From contig OZ024745.1 in assembly GCA_964016885.1 (NCBI GenBank), positions 88,102,001 through 88,166,000 on the forward strand: 64,000 bases of DNA. Direction: 5' to 3'. Within the stretch, counting starts at the first letter, position 1; each line of letters starts with the position of its first letter. The notes under the pieces are model-generated. The model searched no databases. It had not been told where the DNA came from and saw nothing but the letters and a program-made list of their open reading frames with translations. Positions 56,402-64,000 of the stretch are shown in pieces. Source of the stretch: Eledone cirrhosa. Taxonomy: Eukaryota. The translations under genes were made by a program, and so were the position numbers.

Positions 56402-59400
56402 CTTTATTTATTAACCACAAGGGTTTACTGAAAGTATACATTAAGGACAGTACAGGACAATACAGGACGGTACAAAAGGGCATTTCTGCGTGTAAAAAAA
56501 CGAAAAAAAGAGGATGTAATAATAGAATAAAGAAAATATTCCCCAATAGGGGGGATACTTCCGAGGGACATTCGTGGAGAAAGCCCATTAAAGAGCCACA
56601 GAGACTCTAACCACCAGGACAAGTGCCCTCTCCCAGTTTTCCACCTTTAATGTACAGACACATACTCAGTGTAGGCCCATTCACTCGGGCCATTCTTGCC
56701 TCTCTCACCCATCTTTCAACAAAATGCAGGGAAGAGAGCACTTTCCTCTCTACCCTGATTTTCCTTTTCAAATGAAATTTGAAAAAGTTAATCAGGGCAT
56801 CACCGAAGAGGTAAGTGCTCGTCTTCAGCCCTTTCAAACGTGTCCACCATACTATCTCTTTCGCCATGGCCACCAGACAGATAAAAACTGCCTGCCCTTC
56901 CCGGCTAAAGGTAGAGGGCGGGGCAATCCTCACGATGGACTCAGCTGATAGCTGGATCCGTCCTACACGTGACAGCAGGTGCTCCACATAAACCCACAAG
57001 TCAGCAATGCTCGGACACTGGACGAGTGCGTGCAGGACGGTTTCGTCGCCCTGCGCGCATCTCGGACATGCCCGGCTGACGGCACCTCCATGCCTGTAGA
57101 GTTTATCCCGAACTGGCAAAGCTCCTCGGTAGCACTGCCAGGCTAGGGATTTCTGGAAGTTGTCCATAGGCCCCGGCCCGAAAGCCCTTCCGAGGAGATT
57201 GGCTAGTTGATTTTCGTCGACGCCTAGAGTTTCCCCAAGTACGTCGTCGCTCTTCCCCTCCACTAATCCTCTATAGAACGCCAAGGTGGAGTTTCCACCG
57301 ATCACATTGCCCGATTGGGCTGTGAGCGCCTTAAGACATTCCAGTCTCCAAGCGCTCCAATCAGTCTTCGCTTGACCCAGGACTGCAGCTCCGTCAAGTA
57401 GACGAGCTAAGGAAAGACGCGTCTAGCAAACGGCACCACACCTGATCACCGTCGAGGAAGAGGTGTAGACGTCGTAGCCTGAGCGCGTGTCTGCGCATCA
57501 TCAGCCACGGCATGCCCAGCCCTCCATGTAGCGGGTGTTGACAGCAGATGGACCGCCTGACCATCGGAGCGCGTCCCTTCCACAAAAAGCGAAAGAGCAA
57601 ACGCTTCAGCGTAGTCAGGTGGGGCTTAGGACAAGGTACGACGGTCAGGCGGTAGTAGATGACGGACGCGTTGTATGCGTTAGCCACCTCCGCTCGACAT
57701 TTCAGGGATAGCTTCCTCTCCGCCCATTTCTGGGTGAGAGAAGCCACCCTGCTCGTCACCTCGTCCCAGTTTTTGTCCGTCTGGAGGTCTGGACCGAAAC
57801 AGACCCCCAGCAATTTAACCGGTCCGTCCGTCCAGCGCCCAACGACACTGTTGGACGGAATGGGCCTGCCTCTCCAGGTGCCGAGCTGCAGGCCCAATGA
57901 CTTTTCCTAGTTGATCATTGCTCCTGTCACCGCTTCGTATTCTCTTAGTGTAGTGCCGATCGCCTCGATGTGTTTGGCGTTCGACACCACTACGGTGACA
58001 TCGTCTGCATATGCTGACACGGATCTTCCGCGTCCATGTCGCTCGGGATCCCCTCAACATCTCCAGTTTGTGCAGTAATGACTCGAGAGTCAATACGTAC
58101 AAGAGGGACGAGAGGGGACATCCTTGGCGGACCGAGCGCATGATGTAAAACGGTTCCGAAAGGTGACCGTTCACTCTCACCACAGAGCAGATGTCGCTGT
58201 GCATGGCAGCGATCCAGCCTCTGAAGACGGGCCCAAAGCCAGCCGCCCTCAGGACTGCCGCTAGGTAACGATGGTCGACCCTATCGAAAGCTTTCGACTG
58301 ATCTAAATTGATCAAGGACCCACACGTGCCAGATTCCCTAGCTACCCTCTCTACGATGAATCGCATGAGGTGGAGGTTGTCGTGGATGAATCTGTCGGGA
58401 ATGGCGCAATCCTGCGCCTCTCCCACCAGACAACCAACGACAAGCGCCAACCTCTTTGCTTGCACCTTGGCCAAAATCTTGAACTCTATGTTTAGCAGTT
58501 ATGGGCCTAAAATGGTCTATGTTATCCCCTTATTTCGGATCCTTTCTCAGCAGCGCAACCGCTCCTCGGCTCACAGAGCTGGAAATTCTCCCGTTTTGTT
58601 CCCAGTTGCAGTAGAAGTCCGCCAAGAGGCCTCCGAACAAGTCTGGTATCTGTGCGTAAAGTTCATAAGGCAGACCATCCAAACCAGGCAGTTTACCCCT
58701 TGTGCAGCCAGTCATTGCTTCCTGTACTTCAGCGGCTGTTATCGGCTTTTCGCACCACTCCCCCTCAGTGGCCGAGAGCCGCGGCAGCCCGTCGAGGTAG
58801 ACACTAAAGTCCATCCCTCGATCCGGCTCGCCGCTTCCCCCGAACAGCTGAGCGAAGTGTCGCTGAAAAGCTTCACACATTTGCCCGGGATCGAGTAGCA
58901 TGAGCCCTCGTGGTCCACCAAAGACCGGATCGTGGCTTTGTTGCCACGACGCCCTCCGCCACTCGAACCCATTGAACGGCTTTCGTCCCCTCATGTCTGA
59001 GAGCACGCACCCTAGCTCTGACAACGCAGCCTTCGTGCTTTGCATTGAAGAATTGGTCAAGGGACAATTTCACCCCAAGTACGTCGGTCGCGATGCCTTT
59101 GCAAAGCGCCTCGTCTAATTTTCTAACTAATTCTCCTTCTGCTCTATTTTTCTCTATTGCTAAAGCCTTACTAAACCTAATGGAGTCTATTCTAATTGCT
59201 CTTTTCAGAGCAAACCACCACTTGTTGTTGACGATGGCCCCCGTCAACGCCCGCTTAACTAGTTCGCTAATCCGGTCTCTGTAGGCCTTGCGCGCTGGTA
59301 AGGACGCGTTTAGCTTCCAGTAGCATGGTCCTCGTCTATGATGCCTATCTAAGTCAAGCACACAAATCACGAATTTGTGGACGGTGTAGCTCACTATCTT

Positions 59401-62192
59401 GAATTGTGGACAGCCTATGCTAGACATATCTATTTCCCTACAAAATACTCCTTCTAGATATGATCTGGATGACACTATGCAGTTTGTCCAAGTCCACATT
59501 GGCACATTCGGGAAATCCAATCGGTACCTGTCGGACAGTTCAAAGCGCCTGAGCAGGTTGGTGAAGCTCTTGCACCCTCCTCCCCTATCCGCTATCCACA
59601 CAGTCCCAGCGTGCATCTAAGATCTCGTTCCAGTCGCCCACTAACACTAAAGAGCGGGACGTTCCAAGAAAGGTCTCCAGACGCCGGAAGAAATCAGGCC
59701 GCCCTGCTCCTGTCGGGGCATAGACGGCCACTAGCCTGAAAGCTTGCCCGTTTCCGCTGGTCAGGTCCAGCACCACCAACTTTCCTTCTGGGTCCAGGAA
59801 GATGGCTCGTATGGTGAGATCCAAACCTCTCCGAAAAAGCACAGCAACTCCACCCCCCGATCCAGGACGTCTGGGAGATGCGTACACATCGTAGCCGCCG
59901 AAGATCGGTGCGAAGGCCCGTGCTTGGGAGATTCTGGTCTCGCTGATGGCCACTACATCTATGTTTAGTGACCTGAGGTCGTTGAGCAGGTGGCCCTGCT
60001 TCCATGACGACCCCAAGCCACGCGCATTTATGCTGCCTATTTTGAGTGAGGTCATGTTGAAATGGAGTGGAAAAGATGGGAAAGACCACTTACCTTACTT
60101 CTCGTAGAGGAAGGATTGTTTCACCATCATTTTCACTGCTTGTGTCCCTCCTCCGGTAGGATGCCCTTATAAATCCTCCTGGAGAATGCTTGTCGGAAGT
60201 CTCCGATGTCTTTGGGGAATTTTTGTTTTAGTGTCGTGTACGTTTTCTGTGTGATGCGAGTGATTGGTATGTGTGGATGTGGTGTGAACGTTTGGGTCTT
60301 TTTGTAGTTTTTTTCTGTGATGCTGGTGTTGTGTTGGATGTAGTCTAATAATTGGTTGTTGATCAAATTTAATGCTGTGTAGTGTGTATCGTTTTGGTTG
60401 TTTTGTTTTGTTTGCGTTTGTTGTGGGTTTGTTTCTGTTTCGCTTTTTGGTGACTTTTGTGTTATTGGTGATGGTGATGTTGGGGTTAGTGATGGTGATG
60501 GTGTTGGTGTTTGTGGTGATGGGGTTGGTGATGCTGGTGTTGATGGTGGCATAGATGTCCTAAATTTTTTGTTTGATAGTTTATTTGTTTCCCTCTCTAT
60601 TTTGTTTTTGGAGGGGAAGGAAGAGGAATTTTTCTTTTTTGGTTTCTTTTTCTTTTTTTCTTTTTTCCTGATACCGTTTCCCACTCCTCGTCGTCACAAT
60701 CTGTCTCCAGTTGCGATAGGTCGGGGAGTGGAAAATCCTCCACAGGCGTTGGTTTTAATTGTGGCGTGGTGGATGGTGTAGGCGCTGGTGCTAGTTCTGG
60801 CGCGTTGGGTGGTGGTGGTGGTGTTGGTTTTGCTACTATTGCTGGGATTGTTGCTGTTATAGTTGCTTCTGTTGTTGCTGCTACAGTTGTTGCCATTTCT
60901 GCTGCTGGTGGTGTTGGTGGTTGAGTCACTGGGGTGGGTAAGTGAGGTGGCCTCAACCGTTTAGCCTGAGGACAGAAAGCCCTTAGGTTGGTTCCTTCAC
61001 TACAAACGACACACCTAGGCTTTCTACCCTCGACGATTACGGTGAGGTGGCTGCCGTCAGTGAGGTCTATTACCTCTGGGATCTCCTCAATGCTTTTTTG
61101 GTCCGCTTGGATCAGGAGCTCCATCCCAGATCCGGACCAGTTCTCCTGATTTTTTTTCGCTATTTAGATTATCTAGGTGTTGGACTCGATGCCTGCGAGG
61201 ACGGCAGCCATTAGCCAGGGAATTTCGATGGCCGGTGGAACGTGGGAGACCCTGATCTTCACGAGTCTCTGGCCACAATAGCTTGGGACGAGTGTGAAAT
61301 CGTCACTTCTTAATTGGGCCATGGAGTGTTTTCTTGCCTACTGTGGTGTTTCAAAGAACACGTCCACGGTTCCATATTTCTGCCCATGTATGATGTGGGT
61401 TTTTTTTGCCCACATATGTCCCAAAGCTTTTTGGTTTTGGGACTCGGATGCCCATTTCACTCGGCGCGATTTTATGTTAATCGTCGTCCGATGAGACACG
61501 GTGCATAGGCGCCGATGCTCCATTTTATTAGCTGGGGGGGGGGCTGACCATGTACCCATCTTTCTTTACCATTCTCTTGGCTTCATGTAATTCCTCCTGA
61601 GTTACCTGGATTGTTTCGCACTTTTTTGCTACTCTGGCAAAAGACAAGGTGGTTTTCTTATTCTCATTGTTGTTGTTGCTGTTGTTGTTATCGTTATTTT
61701 TGTTATTGTTATTTTAGTTTCAGTTGTGGTGGTGGTATCGTCAGTGGTGTTCGATGTGGAAGAGTCCATTTTGGGTGAATCCATTTCGATGTCACGTGAT
61801 AATTTATTTTTTTCTTTCGTTTCTGTTATCGCTGTGGGGGTGGCGGCTTCAACACCTGCAGTCATTGGTAATGGCGGGAAATGAATGTCTGCATGAGACA
61901 AATTTAAATTAATGCTACTGCTTATATTTTTAGTGTTGGCAAATGTAGTAATATTTACAATGTTGGTGTCGGTGTTAGTTTGTGAGGAAGGTGTGACTGT
62001 GAATCGTCCATGATTTTTTTTCAAACAAATTTTTGTTTGATAATTATATAAGTTTAAATTTTGGGCTCAAAATAATGTATGTGCACTTATATACAGTTAA
62101 CAATAACAATTTTCATAAATGGCAATTTTAAACAACTGAAAACAACAAACCTTTGCGGAGCTCACGATAATACGTTTCCTACGTAGGTCGCC
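56401..62192 (-). mobile_element. Tx1/L1-clade LINE, subfamily B, second full-length disrupted copy
   Basis: Colinear with 47203-52908 from the 5' end (ggcgacctacgtagg) to the 3' UTR. ORF2 starts at 60055. Multiple frameshifts. Confidence 0.94.
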
Positions 62193-62224
<32 letters not shown>

Positions 62225-64000
62225 TTTCATTTATTAGCCACAAGGGCCGACATGTAGGGGACAATACAAAGACAGGGACAGTGGGGGTTTACAATAAGGT
62301 TGAGTAAAAGCGAGCAATGGCAAGACTAATTTAACAATGAAGATATACAAATATAAAATAAACTATGCATAAATATAACAAAATAAATTCCTCGATAGGG
62401 GGTGGGCGACCCAGGGGTGACTCAGGTACCCCACCAATCCTGAACCACCCTGCGCTTCTAGGGCACCCAGGAGAGCACCCCTCTCCTCAAGTTAGCCAGC
62501 CTATAGGCGCATGGTCAGAGTAGGCCCATTCACACGAGCCATTCTCGACACATTCACCCACCTTTTAGCAAATGTACTGGGGGGGGGGTAGCACTTCTCT
62601 CTCCACCCTCACCCTCCTTTCCAGGTGAAACTTGAAGAAGTTGATGAGGGATTGGCCGAAGAGACAAGTTACTATCTTCAGTCATTTTAATCTGGTCCAC
62701 CATTCAACCTCTTTCGCAACGACCACCAAATAGAGGAAAATTTCCTGCTCTTCCTGACCTAAAGAAGGCAGCGATTCGATATTCACTATGGACTCGGCCG
62801 ATAGCCGGATTCGTTCTTCACGCGACAGTAGCTGTTCGATATAACTCCACAAGTCAGTAATGCACGGACATTGGACAAGTGCGTGCAGAACGGTTTCGTC
62901 GTTCTGTGCGCATCTTGAGCAGGTCCGTCTGACAGCACTTCCGTTCCTGTAGAGTTTATCCCGAACCGGCAGTGCCCACTGGTAGCACTGCCAGGCGAGG
63001 GATTTTTAGAAATTGTCCATCGTCCCCGGCTCAGACAGGTCAGTTCGACTTCGTCGAGGCCCAAAGCTTCTCCGAGTGCGTCATCGCACTTGCCCACCAC
63101 TAATCCTATATAGAACTCGAGAGTGGAAGTTCCACTGATCGCATTGCCCGCTTGGTAGAGGGCAGTGAGTGCCTGGCAACATTCCAGGTGCCAATCACCC
63201 AGTCTCGGTCTCTTCTTGACCCAGGACTGCAGCTCAGTCAAAGAAATGAGCTGCGGAAAGGCCCGTCTGATAAACCGCGACCACACTTGTTCACCGTTCA
63301 GGCAGAATATCTGGAGAGGTCGCAGCCTCAACGCACGTCTGTGCATCTTTAGCCACGGCATGGCCAGCACTCCGCGTAGAGGGTGGTGGCAGCAGATGGA
63401 CCGCCTCACTAAGTGAACTTGTCCCCTCCACAGGAATTTGAAGAGAAGCCGTTCCAACGTGATGAGGCGCAGACGGGGGCAAAGCATGACGGTCAGGCGG
63501 TAGTAGATGACAGACGCGACGTACGCATTCGCCACCTCCGCGCGATCTTTCAATGATAGATTCCTCCCAGCCCATTTTGGGGTGAGACTGGCTACTCTAC
63601 TCGAACCAAACCCCGAGCAACTTTACCGACCACCTCGATTTCTGAGGTGTCCGACACCATCACGCTGATGTCGTCCGCATAAGCCGACACCGCCTTTCCA
63701 CGTCCCGGTTCGAGTGTGATGCCCTGCAACAGCTCCAGCCTCCGCAGTAAAGTCAATATGTACAGAAGGGAACAGAGAGGGCACCCTTGACGGACCAATC
63801 GGGAGAGCCGAAATTGTTCCGAGAGGTGGCCATTAACCTTGACCACCGAGCGTCTGCTGCTGTGCATTGCAGAGATCCAGCTTCTGAAGACAGGACCGAA
63901 GCCAGCCGCTTTGAGGACCAACTCCAGATACCGATGGTCGACCCTATCGAATGTTTTCGATTGATCAAAATTGATCAGTGCTCCACCGAAGCCAGGTTTA
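62225..64000 (-). mobile_element. Tx1/L1-clade LINE, subfamily A, 3' part (runs off the window)
   Basis: 3' UTR is nearly identical to 42305-42700. RT motifs VRQGCPL and AYADD. Internal deletions near 63030 and 63600. Confidence 0.93.

Overview
Eukaryotic, gene-poor and repeat-saturated DNA. The microsatellite density, Nin/Deu-type tRNA-SINEs and the RTE, Dong/R4, Tx1 and Penelope mix suggest an octopod cephalopod (inference). I could not support any host protein-coding gene, and most listed ORFs are microsatellite read-throughs. The left half (about 1-34 kb) is a (TA)n/(CA)n landscape with one RTE LINE whose ORF is uninterrupted, two Penelope-like elements (PLEs) with inverted 5' arms, and about 8 long inverted repeats. 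Many of these carry hammerhead ribozyme (HHR) motifs that I paired by eye: five loci with intact cores and several degenerate ones. The most unusual is a candidate non-circularly permuted ('scrambled') hammerhead at 31950-32010 on the minus strand. From 33 to 42 kb the sequence is SINE-rich. The right third (42-64 kb) is a pile-up of Tx1-like and Dong/R4-like LINE copies, all bounded by (AAT)n tracts. All structures and boundaries were read manually and are approximate.
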